The translations under genes were made by a program, and so were the position numbers. Shown here piece by piece: positions 39,604-49,382 of a stretch of DNA of 64,000 bases; positions within the stretch are counted from its first letter, which is position 1, and each line of letters begins with the position of its first letter. Origin of the DNA: Candidatus Doudnabacteria bacterium (GTDB lineage Bacteria > Patescibacteriota > Doudnabacteria > UBA920 > VMFF01); contig JAQBQP010000001.1 of the NCBI GenBank assembly GCA_028286905.1, positions 79,114 to 143,113 on the forward strand, given 5' to 3'. Below the pieces are notes generated by a model. The model had not been told where the DNA came from, searched no databases, and saw nothing but the letters and a program-made list of their open reading frames with translations.

Positions 39604-40662
39604 ATGTCATTTAAAATTGGTATCGTCGGTTTACCAAACGTCGGTAAATCTACTCTCTTTAACGCCATTACAAAGAGCAAAGTCGAGGCGGCTAACTACC
39701 CTTTCGCAACAATCGACCCAAACGTCGGTGTTGTTGCAGTGCCTGATGAACGTTTAGCCAAACTTTCTGCTCAAGAAAACTCTGCAAAGATTGTACCTAC
39801 TGTTATTGAGTTTGTAGACATCGCCGGTTTAGTTGCTGGAGCACACAAGGGCGAAGGCTTGGGAAACAAATTTTTAGCGAACATTCGCGAAGTGGATGCA
39901 ATCATGGAAGTGGTGCGATTTTTTGAAGATAAGAATATTATTCACGTTTCAAACACTGTTGATCCGAAAAGAGATGTCGATACAATTGCCATTGAACTTG
40001 GTTTGGCCGATTTACAAACAGTGGAAAAACGTTTGGAAACCGTAACTAAAGAAGCAAAACAAGGAAACAACCGCGAAGCGGTGCAAAAGAAACTGGCTTT
40101 AGATAAATTTCAAAAAGTCTTGGCTGACGGTTTAATGGCTTCTGAAGCAGTCTTAACTGATGAAGAACAGAAGGCTGTAAAAGAGTTACAACTCTTAACA
40201 ACGAAACCGTTTTTATATGTTGCAAATGTCGCAGAAGATGAGGTAGTAAAATTTACGGATCAAAGCTTTATTCCAATCTCCGCAAAAATTGAGAGCGAGC
40301 TTTCAGAGCTGCCAGACGAAGAAAGAGATATCTACTTAAAAGAGTTAGGTATGAATGAATCTGGCTTAGATAAAATTATTCGAACTGCTTATAAAACTTT
40401 GGGGTTAATTACGTTTATAACGGCTGGTCCGATTGAATCAAAGGCTTGGACGGTACCCGCTGGAACGAAAGCCCCCCAAGCGGCAGGTGTAATCCATACA
40501 GATTTTGAAAAAGGTTTTATTCGGGCTGAAGTAATTGCTTGGGACAAACTATTGGAAGCAGGCGGCTATGCTGTAGCAAGAGATAAAGGCTGGCTGCGCG
40601 TTGAAGGTAAAGAATATGTCATGCAAGATGGAGATGTCGTCCATTTTAGAGTAAACGCTTAA
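39604..40662 (+). CDS. ychF: Ribosome-binding ATPase YchF (Obg-family)
   Basis: [24 protein letters not shown]-loop, coiled-coil insertion, C-terminal TGS domain ([10 protein letters not shown]). Confidence 0.92.
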   Translation: MSFKIGIVGLPNVGKSTLFNAITKSKVEAANYPFATIDPNVGVVAVPDERLAKLSAQENSAKIVPTVIEFVDIAGLVAGAHKGEGLGNKFLANIREVDAIMEVVRFFEDKNIIHVSNTVDPKRDVDTIAIELGLADLQTVEKRLETVTKEAKQGNNREAVQKKLALDKFQKVLADGLMASEAVLTDEEQKAVKELQLLTTKPFLYVANVAEDEVVKFTDQSFIPISAKIESELSELPDEERDIYLKELGMNESGLDKIIRTAYKTLGLITFITAGPIESKAWTVPAGTKAPQAAGVIHTDFEKGFIRAEVIAWDKLLEAGGYAVARDKGWLRVEGKEYVMQDGDVVHFRVNA

Positions 40663-40678
40663 ATTTAGAAAAGTGCTT

Positions 40679-40703
40679 AAAACCCCTAAAAGGGGTTTTA
40701 ATT
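40679..40703 (+). terminator. Intrinsic terminator after ychF
   Basis: AAAACCCCT-aaa-AGGGGTTTT then AATTTT. Confidence 0.75.
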
Positions 40704-40863
40704 TTGACTTAACCTGCCAAAAGTATAATAGATGAAGACTACTTAAGATCTTTACAAAATAAGGCCTTTCTGTTACAATCTCACTACAAATGAATAATTA
40801 ATATTCGTCCCGACAATCCTTTTAGGTAGATTGGGGCGATGATGAGAAAGGAATTTGATCATC

Positions 40864-41325
40864 ATGCCAAAATATGAATTGATGTACATCGTTGCGTCAA
40901 CCATTTCTGATGACCAAATCCCCACAGTTACTGATGGGGTTTTAAAATTTATAGCTGACAATGATGGCACAGTCATCAAAGAAGAGCTAATGGGCAAAAA
41001 GAAATTAGCTTACCCAATTAAAAAAACTAGGAATGGTTTTTACGCTGGAGTTACATTTGAAATTCCTGCGCAGAAGGTAAGCGATCTAGATACTAAAGTG
41101 CGTACAGCGCCTGGAATCATCCGACATTTAATCATCGGCATCGATGAAGATTTGGAAAGAATGGCTAAGGACGTTATCGCCCAGGAAGCAATGAACAAGA
41201 ACAGAAACGAACGCGCTAAGACAGCGGCTCCTACTGAAGGCGAATCAGAAGCAACTCCTGTAACAGATGAGAACATCGATCAAAAAATCGAGGATGCCCT
41301 ATCTGAAGATCTTAAGAATGTTTAA
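40864..41325 (+). CDS. rpsF: 30S ribosomal protein S6 (with acidic C-terminal extension)
   Basis: MPKYELMYIV… bS6 N-terminus; heads rpsF-ssb-rpsR cluster. Confidence 0.85.
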   Translation: MPKYELMYIVASTISDDQIPTVTDGVLKFIADNDGTVIKEELMGKKKLAYPIKKTRNGFYAGVTFEIPAQKVSDLDTKVRTAPGIIRHLIIGIDEDLERMAKDVIAQEAMNKNRNERAKTAAPTEGESEATPVTDENIDQKIEDALSEDLKNV

Positions 41326-41341
41326 TTAACAATAAACACAT

Positions 41342-41815
41342 ATGGATTTAAATAAGGCTATGATCATCGGTCGTTTGACCCGTGATCCAGAAATTCGAAC
41401 AACACCACAAGGTGCAAATGTATGTTCGTTCTCTATTGCAACAAACTTTGTCTATAAATCTCAATCAGGCGAGAAAGTGGAACAAGTTGAATATCACAAC
41501 ATTGTTGCTTGGAGAAAGCTTGCAGAAATTGCAGGTCAGTACCTAAAAAAGGGCAGCAGAGTGTACGTTGAAGGCAGAATTCAAACCAGATCATGGGATG
41601 CCACTGACGGTCAGAAAAAGAACAGAACTGAAATCGTCATGGATAATATGATCATGTTAGATTCTAAAGGCGGATCCCCTAGCGGATCAATGGGCGGCAA
41701 CTCTTTCGAGAGCGGCTCAAATAATAGTTTTGAAAAATCATTAGAACAAATTCCAACCATTAACCAAGATCAACCGATGGACGAAGAAATCTCGGTTGAA
41801 GATATTCCATTTTAA
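41342..41815 (+). CDS. ssb: Single-stranded DNA-binding protein
   Basis: OB-fold N-terminus (NKAMIIGRLTRDPEIRTTPQG), Gly/Ser-rich linker, acidic tail ending DIPF. Confidence 0.9.
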   Translation: MDLNKAMIIGRLTRDPEIRTTPQGANVCSFSIATNFVYKSQSGEKVEQVEYHNIVAWRKLAEIAGQYLKKGSRVYVEGRIQTRSWDATDGQKKNRTEIVMDNMIMLDSKGGSPSGSMGGNSFESGSNNSFEKSLEQIPTINQDQPMDEEISVEDIPF

Positions 41816-41817
41816 AT

Positions 41818-42033
41818 ATGCAACCTCAAGTAAAAAAGACTTGTTACTTTTGCAGCAATAAAATAAGCGTTGTAGATTTTAAGGATTCTCAAACTTTGAG
41901 AAGATTTATGTCTCCGCATGCAAAAATCTTGTCTCACAACAAAACCGGCACATGTCCGAAGCATCAAAGAATGGTGACCACCGCTTTAAAGCGCGCTCGT
42001 CATATGGCTTTGCTTCCATTCGTAGCTAGCTAA
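41818..42033 (+). CDS. rpsR: 30S ribosomal protein S18
   Basis: CYFC…VDFKD..TLRRFMS bS18 signature; position after ssb. Confidence 0.85.
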   Translation: MQPQVKKTCYFCSNKISVVDFKDSQTLRRFMSPHAKILSHNKTGTCPKHQRMVTTALKRARHMALLPFVAS

Positions 42034-42051
42034 AGTTATTAAAAAGAAAAT

Positions 42052-42618
42052 ATGTCTTTAGATATATCAGACGTAAAATTAGGTTTGATCCTTTCTTGGA
42101 ACGGCGAGCCCTACCAAGTTATCTGGTCAAACAGAATGCGAACCGCACAGCGTAAGCCGGTTATGCAAACTAAGCTAAAGCACCTTATCTCTGGAAAAGT
42201 AATTGAATATTCCTTTAAGTTTGGTGAAAAAGTAGATGAAGCTGACGTTACCCGCGAAAGAGCAAACTTCTTATATGCGGATGAAGCTGGCACTCACTAC
42301 ATGAACCAACAGACTTTCGAGACAATCGACATGAATAAAGAAGATACCTCCGAACAGGAAAAGTATCTTAAAGAAAACATGGAAGTGATGATTCTTCGAT
42401 ACAACGGCAATCCCGTTTCAATCGAAATTCCAGTAAAGGTAGAACTAAAAGTTGTTGACGCTCCCCCAAACGTTACTGGTAACTCTGGCGGAAGCGTTAC
42501 CAAGCCGGTAACATTAGAAACCGGTTTAGTGGTACAAGTACCAATGTTCATCAAAGAGGGTGATATGCTCAGCATCGACACTCGTGATGGCGCATACGTA
42601 TCTCGCGCTAGTAACTAA
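42052..42618 (+). CDS. efp: Elongation factor P
   Basis: 188 aa three-domain EF-P pattern with conserved KP loop region (AQRKPVMQTKLKHLISGKV). Confidence 0.85.
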   Translation: MSLDISDVKLGLILSWNGEPYQVIWSNRMRTAQRKPVMQTKLKHLISGKVIEYSFKFGEKVDEADVTRERANFLYADEAGTHYMNQQTFETIDMNKEDTSEQEKYLKENMEVMILRYNGNPVSIEIPVKVELKVVDAPPNVTGNSGGSVTKPVTLETGLVVQVPMFIKEGDMLSIDTRDGAYVSRASN

Positions 42619-42630
42619 TCTTAGATAAAT

Positions 42631-42748
42631 AAAAAGACCGACGGGGTCCTGCCGAGGTAGTAATTCTTTGTCTGCTGCTCAATGGGCTGCAAATTCGCAG
42701 CGAGCAAAGAATTCTACCATCGTCACCCCTTGTCGGTCTTTTTATTTT
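42631..42748. other. Unusually long (~118 nt) imperfect stem-loop between convergent efp and trxB; bidirectional terminator or small structured RNA
   Basis: Outer stem AAAAAGACCGAC/GTCGGTCTTTTT, inner stem GGTAGTAATTCTTTG…/…CAAAGAATTCTACC, A-run 5' and T-run 3'. Confidence 0.5.
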
Positions 42749-42756
42749 TAAGCAGT

Positions 42757-43683
42757 TTAGATGTGATGTGCTAGATACTTTTCGACATCAAGCGCGGCCA
42801 TTGTTCCTGCTCCAGCAGCTGTTATCGCCTGCCTATAGCGGTGATCTGCTACATCTCCAGCAATGAACACGCCTTCCACACTGCTTTCCGTGTTATTCTT
42901 TACGATCGCGTAACCTTTTTGATCTAATTCAATCTGACCATTCAAGAACTTTGTACTTGGAGAGTGTCCAATTGCAACGAACATTCCTCCACAAACAAAA
43001 TCTCTTTCTTCACCGGTAACAGAATCTTTTAGACGAACTCCGGAGATTACAGCGTCGCCTAAAACATCTACAATTTGTACATTTGTAATAAATTCTATCT
43101 TCGGATTAGCCTGTGCTCTGCTTAACATAATTTTAGAAGCACGAAACTCTTCGGTGCGATTTAACATCGTTACCTTTGAAGCATATTTAGTTAAAAAAAT
43201 CGCTTCTTCCATTGCGGCGTCTCCCCCGCCGGCCACGACCACTTCTTTATTCTTGAAGAAGAAGCCATCACAAGTGGCACACGCTGAGACACCCTTACCA
43301 CGAAGACGCTGTTCATTTGGTAAGTTTAACCAATTTGCTTCTGCGCCCATCGCTAGAATTACGGTCTTAGTTAAATATTCAGCTTTGTCGGTTTTAATCT
43401 TAAATGGTTTTGCAGAAAAGTCTACTGATTCAACATTTTCTTGCATAATTTTTGTACCGAAACGTTCTGCCTGCTTGGTCATATTAGCCATAAGGTCTGG
43501 TCCCAAAATTCCTTCAGGAAATCCTGGAAAATTTTCTACTTCGGTAGTCTGCATCAACTGTCCGCCTGGGTTAAGTCCAGCAATTAACACCGGCTTAATT
43601 TCTGCTCGAGCAGCATAAATAGCAGCGGTTAAACCCGCTGGACCTGAACCGATAATTACTGTATTTAGTACTTCGTCATTCAT
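42757..43683 (-). CDS. trxB: Thioredoxin-disulfide reductase
   Basis: FAD GxGxxG (VIIGSGPAGLTAA), redox CATC (ACATCDGFF), NADPH GGGDAAMEEA. Confidence 0.92.
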   Translation of the reverse strand: MNDEVLNTVIIGSGPAGLTAAIYAARAEIKPVLIAGLNPGGQLMQTTEVENFPGFPEGILGPDLMANMTKQAERFGTKIMQENVESVDFSAKPFKIKTDKAEYLTKTVILAMGAEANWLNLPNEQRLRGKGVSACATCDGFFFKNKEVVVAGGGDAAMEEAIFLTKYASKVTMLNRTEEFRASKIMLSRAQANPKIEFITNVQIVDVLGDAVISGVRLKDSVTGEERDFVCGGMFVAIGHSPSTKFLNGQIELDQKGYAIVKNNTESSVEGVFIAGDVADHRYRQAITAAGAGTMAALDVEKYLAHHI

Positions 43684-43847
43684 AATAGTGCTTTAATGTT
43701 TCTATATTGTAGCAGATTTTAATGTATAATAAACTCCTATTGACTGGGAAGATCGCACCAAAAACCCTAGGATATTCAAGCCGGTGGCTTTACAAAGTAG
43801 CCTAAAAATGATAGAATGTTGAGGCTAATTTCGCCTCAACATCTCAT

Positions 43848-43922
43848 GGCGCTATCGTCTAATGGTTAGGACGCCAGGTTTTCATCCTGGTAATCGGGGT
43901 TCGATTCCCCGTAGCGCTACCA
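43848..43922 (+). tRNA. tRNA-Glu (anticodon TTC), CCA encoded
   Basis: Manual fold: acceptor GGCGCTA/TAGCGCT (G1-U72), anticodon stem CCAGG/CCTGG with loop TTTTCAT, T-arm CGGGG-TTCGATT-CCCCG; upstream TGaTAGAAT -10 and hairpin at 43817-43840. Confidence 0.85.
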
Positions 43923-43932
43923 AAAATACAAG

Positions 43933-43958
43933 ACACCGAAAACGGTGTTTTTGTTTTG
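43933..43958 (+). terminator. Intrinsic terminator after tRNA-Glu
   Basis: ACACCG-aaaa-CGGTGT followed by TTTTTGTTTTG. Confidence 0.75.
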
Positions 43959-44113
43959 TTTCTCATTGAGGCAAACAGAGTTTCCCATGTTCCAAAATAT
44001 GTTTGAATCCTGTTGGTCGGGCAATAAAAGATAGAGTATACTGCTAGTAATTAAGTAATCCACTGGATTTACTCTAAATTTCTTCTCAGTTCTATACTAT
44101 ACTTTATAAAAAC

Positions 44114-44440
44114 ATGGCAACAAGAAATATCACAGCTTACAGATACTTTTTTGGATTAAGCGGGCTGGCTGCCCTTCTTGGAGGACTAGATCTTTTTTCC
44201 AATTTAGATAAATATTTTCCAAATGGTAGTATTATTTGGTTGATACTTTTCTGTTTTCTATTCTTACTGGTGGGAAATAGTGATTATTGGACCAGTAAAA
44301 AGCGTGGGCTAATCACAAATGACTCTGGCACCGCAACAAAAATTAAAAATACCTTCTCCATTTTAAGTATAATATTATCAGTTGCATTTTTAATAGTAAT
44401 CATTGCCTTTATTTACGCACTCATGCATTTCCTTCACTAG
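44114..44440 (+). CDS. Small membrane protein (3 TM), hypothetical
   Basis: 108 aa, hydrophobic helices, no family recognised. Confidence 0.45.
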   Translation: MATRNITAYRYFFGLSGLAALLGGLDLFSNLDKYFPNGSIIWLILFCFLFLLVGNSDYWTSKKRGLITNDSGTATKIKNTFSILSIILSVAFLIVIIAFIYALMHFLH

Positions 44441-44520
44441 CTTATTCCAAGTTTTACGCCTGTGTCGAAATGGTTTACCAAAATAAACAAACATGTCAGC
44501 TTGGCTTTCTCCTCTGTATG

Positions 44521-44832
44521 TTAATCTAAAAGTTCATACGAAGATCCAACCAACGTCAGGTTTTCTACTTTTGGAGGGAACTCAGGACCGCTTGCCATAA
44601 GCTCAGTCTGAAAAATTTTAAACGTCTCCAATCCCGTTAATATTTGGTTTGCCGCATCGCTTTCTGTTACAACAAAATGCATAAAGGTTTTTTTATCATC
44701 AAGAACATATGTACTGTAACGGATTCCCGATAGATTTTTAAGCTTGAGCTCTTCCATGACTTTCATTATATTTTTCTTATTTGTTTCAGCGTAGTCGGAA
44801 ACAACGGTGTATTGAATTCTTTTGATTACCAT
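44521..44832 (-). CDS. Small hypothetical protein, possibly ABM/Dabb-like alpha+beta barrel
   Basis: 103 aa; beta-alpha-beta pattern reminiscent of monooxygenase-like barrels; weak. Confidence 0.35.
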   Translation of the reverse strand: MVIKRIQYTVVSDYAETNKKNIMKVMEELKLKNLSGIRYSTYVLDDKKTFMHFVVTESDAANQILTGLETFKIFQTELMASGPEFPPKVENLTLVGSSYELLD

Positions 44833-45026
44833 AAAATTAGAATTTAATTATAGTCTTATTGTATCATTTTAAGCTTTGTTAAAAATATTCTTTATTTAAC
44901 TATTTATTACATCTGAAGCAGTACTGTCAAGAGCTTTATCTAAACGGGACATATTCACAGTACCGCCAGTTTATATATATGCTACAATCTTTCCATTAAT
45001 CCCTCTCTATTGTTTTTAATCCACTA

Positions 45027-46580
45027 ATGCAAAACCCATCTATTGAATCAATCTTCCAGCGCTTCATCACCCCAAAATGGATTGGCTTCTATTTTGGTGC
45101 GGCGGCGGTGTTAGTTCACCTTTTAACTGCCAACGGCTATGGTTACTTTCGTGACGAACTTTACTATTTATCTGCTAGCAAGCATTTAGCTTTAGGTTAT
45201 GTAGATTTTGCTCCAATGATTGCATGGTTGGTTAGACTTAATCGCTATGTACTCGGCGACTCTCTCCTAGCTTTAAGGTTTTTACCAGCACTAGCAAGCG
45301 CGGCGGAAATCTATTTAACTACTCTTATCACCAAAGAACTAGGCGGAAAACGCTTTGCCACGACTTTAGCCTGCCTTTCGGTTTTCATTGCGTCAGGCAT
45401 TCTCAGCATGAACAGCTATATGTCTATGAATGCGTTTGAACCTCTTTTTTGGCTAGGCTGCACATATTTTCTTATTTTGGTTATCAACCGCCAAAACCCA
45501 AAATATTGGATTGGATTTGGAATTATTGCAGGCTTTGGATTTTTAAATAAAGACTCAATGGTCTTTTTCGGACTTGCGTTGCTAACAGGACTATTATTCA
45601 CTAAACATAGGCGATTATTTCTGAGTAAGTGGTTCTTACTAGGTAGCCTTCTGGCGTTTTTAATAATGATGCCTAATTTAGCTTGGGAGTATCAACACCA
45701 ATGGGCGACTTTGCAAGATCTAAGAAACGTCCAGCTTTTAGGGAAAAATACAGTTCTAAGCCCCCAAGCATTTGTTGGCGAACAAGTGTTAGAGTTGCTT
45801 CCGCCAACTGTTCTGGTGTGGCTATTGGGCTTATGGTATTTCTTATTCCACAAAAAAGGGAAGCAATACAGATTTTTAGGTCTGGCTTACCTATTTTTAA
45901 CAATTATTGTAATCGCACTTAAAGGCAAAGTTTATTATATGTTTCCTGTTTATCCGATATTGTTTGCTGGGGGCGGTTTGGCTTGGGAAAAATTATTGTC
46001 GGAACGAAAATTTAGTAAAGCAATTAAAGTTTCGTTTTTGACGATACTAACCCTTTCCGGATTAGTATTCGCGCCAATCGTTTTGCCAATTCTATCCCCT
46101 CAAACCCTTATTCAATACCAAAAATTGTTTGGGTTGCAAGTACCAAAAACCGAAGTTGCCCATTCTGGTCCTCTACCTCAATATTTTGGCGACAGGTTCG
46201 GTTGGCCCGAAATGGTTGCCAATACTGCCGAAGTTTATCATAGCTTAACTACAGATGAACAAAATAAAACGGTCATTTGGGCAAGCAACTACGGCGAAGC
46301 CGGAGCAGTAGACTTCTTTGGACCAAAATTTGGCCTACCTCCTGTAATCAGCGCTCATCAAAATTTTTATTTATGGGGACCCGGGAACCATGATATAAAT
46401 ACGATTATTTTACTTGGGTTTAATCAAACTCGCGCCGAAAAACTATGTACCCAAGTCGAGGCAGCAGGAACTGTAGGCCAACCGTATGCCATGACAGAAG
46501 AACATTTTACGATCTATCTTTGTCGCGGATTGAAACTTCCGTTAAACGAAATTTGGCCACAGGTCAAAGTTTGGAATTAA
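45027..46580 (+). CDS. Membrane glycosyltransferase, family 39/83-like (PMT/ArnT-type, lipid-carrier dependent)
   Basis: 517 aa, ~11 TM helices, N-terminal loop with DE-like motif (YFRDELYY), GT-C fold organisation. Confidence 0.6.
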   Translation: MQNPSIESIFQRFITPKWIGFYFGAAAVLVHLLTANGYGYFRDELYYLSASKHLALGYVDFAPMIAWLVRLNRYVLGDSLLALRFLPALASAAEIYLTTLITKELGGKRFATTLACLSVFIASGILSMNSYMSMNAFEPLFWLGCTYFLILVINRQNPKYWIGFGIIAGFGFLNKDSMVFFGLALLTGLLFTKHRRLFLSKWFLLGSLLAFLIMMPNLAWEYQHQWATLQDLRNVQLLGKNTVLSPQAFVGEQVLELLPPTVLVWLLGLWYFLFHKKGKQYRFLGLAYLFLTIIVIALKGKVYYMFPVYPILFAGGGLAWEKLLSERKFSKAIKVSFLTILTLSGLVFAPIVLPILSPQTLIQYQKLFGLQVPKTEVAHSGPLPQYFGDRFGWPEMVANTAEVYHSLTTDEQNKTVIWASNYGEAGAVDFFGPKFGLPPVISAHQNFYLWGPGNHDINTIILLGFNQTRAEKLCTQVEAAGTVGQPYAMTEEHFTIYLCRGLKLPLNEIWPQVKVWN

Positions 46581-46682
46581 GAATTCTTTAACAAAGCCTG
46601 ACTTTGTTAATTGGATTAACTAAGCCTCTTTTGCTACTATACCTTTATAAGTTCAGTTATTATAATCAGTTAATAAACTTAA

Positions 46683-47099
46683 ATGGAAACAAAAATCAAT
46701 CCAAATGCTGTCCCTCTACCACCTACTCTTAAAATCTGGGAGCACCCGTGGTTCTGGTTTGCGATCGTTACAGTAATATACTGGGTATCAACATTCTTTG
46801 GAGGCACTGCGCTTGGCATCCTACTAGAGTACGTTAGATTTAGAGAAATTATCGGTCTATTTACTCCGATTGGCCCTTTAAGTATATTAGCGACTAATAT
46901 ATACATCCCCGGTACTATTATTGGTTTAATAGTTGGGGAATTTTTACTTAAAGCTCTAAAAGTAAGAGGCCGCCGGGCAATTATCTTCTCTTTAGTGATG
47001 CTTTTAGTTATCACATTATTCTGCGATTTGGTAGCATTAGGGCATTGGGAATCGTTCAATATTCTCTTGGGCAAACCAACTATTCCATCTATTACTTAA
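46683..47099 (+). CDS. Small membrane protein (4 TM), hypothetical
   Basis: Plus-strand frame has clear TM helices; opposite-strand ORF 46679-47074 is not protein-like. Confidence 0.4.
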   Translation: METKINPNAVPLPPTLKIWEHPWFWFAIVTVIYWVSTFFGGTALGILLEYVRFREIIGLFTPIGPLSILATNIYIPGTIIGLIVGEFLLKALKVRGRRAIIFSLVMLLVITLFCDLVALGHWESFNILLGKPTIPSIT

Positions 47100-47134
47100 T
47101 AAATTATTATTGTTAATTTAAAAGGAGCAAAATT

Positions 47135-47428
47135 ATGATTATCGTTCAAGATACATTTGTTTGTAAACCCGGGAGTGCCTCTAAGGTGGCCAAGCTATTT
47201 AAAGAGGTTATGTCTGGGGATGGCGAAGTAATGCATATTATGAGTGATATGACCGGTCAGTTTAATCGAGTCGTAATGGTTTCAAAATATGAAAGCTTAA
47301 CCGCATACGAAGAAGCTTTCAAAAAATATATGAACCCAACGCCTGAGATGAAGGAAGCAATGTCAAAAATGGAAGGTTATCAAGAAATGTACCAAACAGG
47401 CAGTCGAGAAATATTCAAGGTTTGGTAA
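47135..47428 (+). CDS. ABM-like (antibiotic biosynthesis monooxygenase/Dabb fold) small protein
   Basis: 97 aa; MIIVQDTFvcKPG…Y-ESLTAYEEAF pattern of dimeric alpha+beta barrels; AAAGGAG SD; own terminator. Confidence 0.45.
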   Translation: MIIVQDTFVCKPGSASKVAKLFKEVMSGDGEVMHIMSDMTGQFNRVVMVSKYESLTAYEEAFKKYMNPTPEMKEAMSKMEGYQEMYQTGSREIFKVW

Positions 47429-47452
47429 ATCGTAACTACTAGCTTACTAATT

Positions 47453-47480
47453 AAAACACCTCACGATATGAGGTGTTTTA
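47453..47480 (+). terminator. Intrinsic terminator
   Basis: AACACCTCA-cgata-TGAGGTGTT then TTAATTT. Confidence 0.7.
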
Positions 47481-47504
47481 ATTTACTGTATATTTAAATA
47501 AGTG

Positions 47505-47927
47505 CTATCTCCAAGCACCAATAATTGCGCCGCCTGCTACATAAATTAACAAGCTGCTTCCAGCGTTTAGCCAGAATAATGTCATCTTGCCGCCCCAAAG
47601 AGTTTCCCCAAATTTTTGAGTGACCAAAAACCCTAACCAAATCCAAAGCGCAGTTACTATTCCGCCCATTATGCTAACTTGGCCGATTCGGTTTATAAAG
47701 AGGGCTAGTACGTAAAATGTTACCAAACTCGCAACGAATTGCCCAAGGTAAGAAAGGTTCATGGTTTTTTTCATCTCAGCTTGTTTTTCTGGAGACCATT
47801 GATTCATTCCAGAAAGCTCGATAAACATTTTACCAAATAGCGGTCCATACCAAATGCTGCCTATGATTATACTAACAATCGAAGCCACCAACACTGCCAA
47901 AAAATTTACTTGCATTATATTTTTCAC
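47505..47927 (-). CDS. Membrane protein (4 TM), hypothetical (DUF1761-like)
   Basis: 140 aa, hydrophobic helices. Confidence 0.45.
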   Translation of the reverse strand: MKNIMQVNFLAVLVASIVSIIIGSIWYGPLFGKMFIELSGMNQWSPEKQAEMKKTMNLSYLGQFVASLVTFYVLALFINRIGQVSIMGGIVTALWIWLGFLVTQKFGETLWGGKMTLFWLNAGSSLLIYVAGGAIIGAWR

Positions 47928-48041
47928 CCCCTTTCAAAGAGTAGTTCTTGGATAAAGTATATACAAATGCGGCATTAACTTCTAGTACAATGGCCAAAAA
48001 ATCAGACATACGCTATATTTATATTAATTAAATACGAACAT

Positions 48042-48584
48042 ATGAGAAAATTGATTGTAACTGAATTTATTACCTTAGATGGTGTAATGGAAGCTCCTCA
48101 TGAATGGTCATTTCCATTTTGGACCCCAGAGATAGCGAAGTTTAAAAAAGAGGAATTATTTAATAGCGACATCCAATTACTGGGTCGGACTACCTACGAA
48201 GGTTTTGCCGAGGCTTGGCCAACAATGCAAGACGAGGAAGGCTTTGCTGATAAAATGAATAGCATGCCTAAAGTTGTGGTTTCTACAACTTTGACAATAC
48301 CCAAGTGGAACAACTCCACAATAATAAAAGGCAACGTAATAGAGGAAATTACCAAGCTAAAACAGCAAGAAGGCAAAGACATTTTAATTGCTGGCAGTGC
48401 TCAGCTTATTCAATCCTTAATGCCACATGACATAATAGACAATTATCAGCTTTTGGTTTATCCAATAATATTGGGAAAGGGTAAACATCTTTTCCCTGAT
48501 GGTATAGCTCCGATCAATTTAAAATTAAATGAAACGAGATCCTATGACTCTGGAGTCGTATTGCTTTCGTATTCTAAGAAATAA
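48042..48584 (+). CDS. Dihydrofolate reductase family protein (RibD C-terminal-domain type)
   Basis: MRKLIVTEFITLDGVMEAP… N-terminus characteristic of this family; 180 aa. Confidence 0.7.
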   Translation: MRKLIVTEFITLDGVMEAPHEWSFPFWTPEIAKFKKEELFNSDIQLLGRTTYEGFAEAWPTMQDEEGFADKMNSMPKVVVSTTLTIPKWNNSTIIKGNVIEEITKLKQQEGKDILIAGSAQLIQSLMPHDIIDNYQLLVYPIILGKGKHLFPDGIAPINLKLNETRSYDSGVVLLSYSKK

Positions 48585-48587
48585 AAA

Positions 48588-49373
48588 ATGCAAAAATCTT
48601 CTGTGCCAAGCTATGGCCAAATACTAAATAAAGTCCCTGAGATTACAATATTTTTTTGGATTATTAAAATCTTATGTACTACCGTTGGAGAAACTTTCGC
48701 AGACTTCCTAAATACCCGCCTAAACCTGGGATTAACGGGAGTAACCTATGTTACAGGCGCTCTGCTGCTAATAATTTTGTTTTTCCAATTTAGAGCGAAA
48801 AAGTACGTTCCTGGCATTTATTGGTTAGCGGTGGTTTTGATCAGTATTTTCGGAACCTTGATCACTGATAACTTAACTGACAACTTCGGAGTTTCTCTTC
48901 AAACAACAACAATTGTTTTTGCGATTGCCCTAGCAGCAACCTTTAGCGCCTGGTATGCGAGCGAAAAAACATTATCGATTCACACAATATTTACAAAACG
49001 TCGTGAAGCTTTTTATTGGCTGGCGATTCTATTCACCTTCGCTTTAGGAACAGCAGCTGGGGATCTTGTGGCTGAAAGCTTTAGCTTAGGTTATTTAGTG
49101 TCTGCCTTAATTTTTGGCGGATTAATTGTCCTGATTTACCTTGGTCACAAAGCGTTTAAATTAAATGCGGTGTTAGCATTTTGGATCGCTTACATTTTAA
49201 CTAGACCGTTGGGCGCATCGTTAGGCGACTACCTTTCTCAACCTAAAGACAATGGCGGATTAGAACTAGGTACGGTTGTAACTAGCGGAATATTCCTTTT
49301 AGCAATTTTAGCGACGGTAATATACTTATCGATCACTAAAAAAGACGTGAGTGATAAAGAGCTTACAATTTAA
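48588..49373 (+). CDS. Polytopic membrane protein, hypothetical
   Basis: 261 aa, 7-8 TM helices. Confidence 0.45.
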   Translation: MQKSSVPSYGQILNKVPEITIFFWIIKILCTTVGETFADFLNTRLNLGLTGVTYVTGALLLIILFFQFRAKKYVPGIYWLAVVLISIFGTLITDNLTDNFGVSLQTTTIVFAIALAATFSAWYASEKTLSIHTIFTKRREAFYWLAILFTFALGTAAGDLVAESFSLGYLVSALIFGGLIVLIYLGHKAFKLNAVLAFWIAYILTRPLGASLGDYLSQPKDNGGLELGTVVTSGIFLLAILATVIYLSITKKDVSDKELTI

Positions 49374-49382
49374 CAATTCCTT

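Noticed and set aside
40726-40854. Structured rpsF leader (ribosomal-protein autoregulatory element)
   Set aside because: Leader is ~130 nt with a TATAAT box, but I could not recognise a specific S6:S18-binding motif. Left unannotated.
46679-47074. 131-aa minus-strand ORF overlapping the 138-aa plus-strand membrane ORF
   Set aside because: The plus-strand frame encodes clean TM helices. The minus-strand translation is low-complexity and lacks start context.
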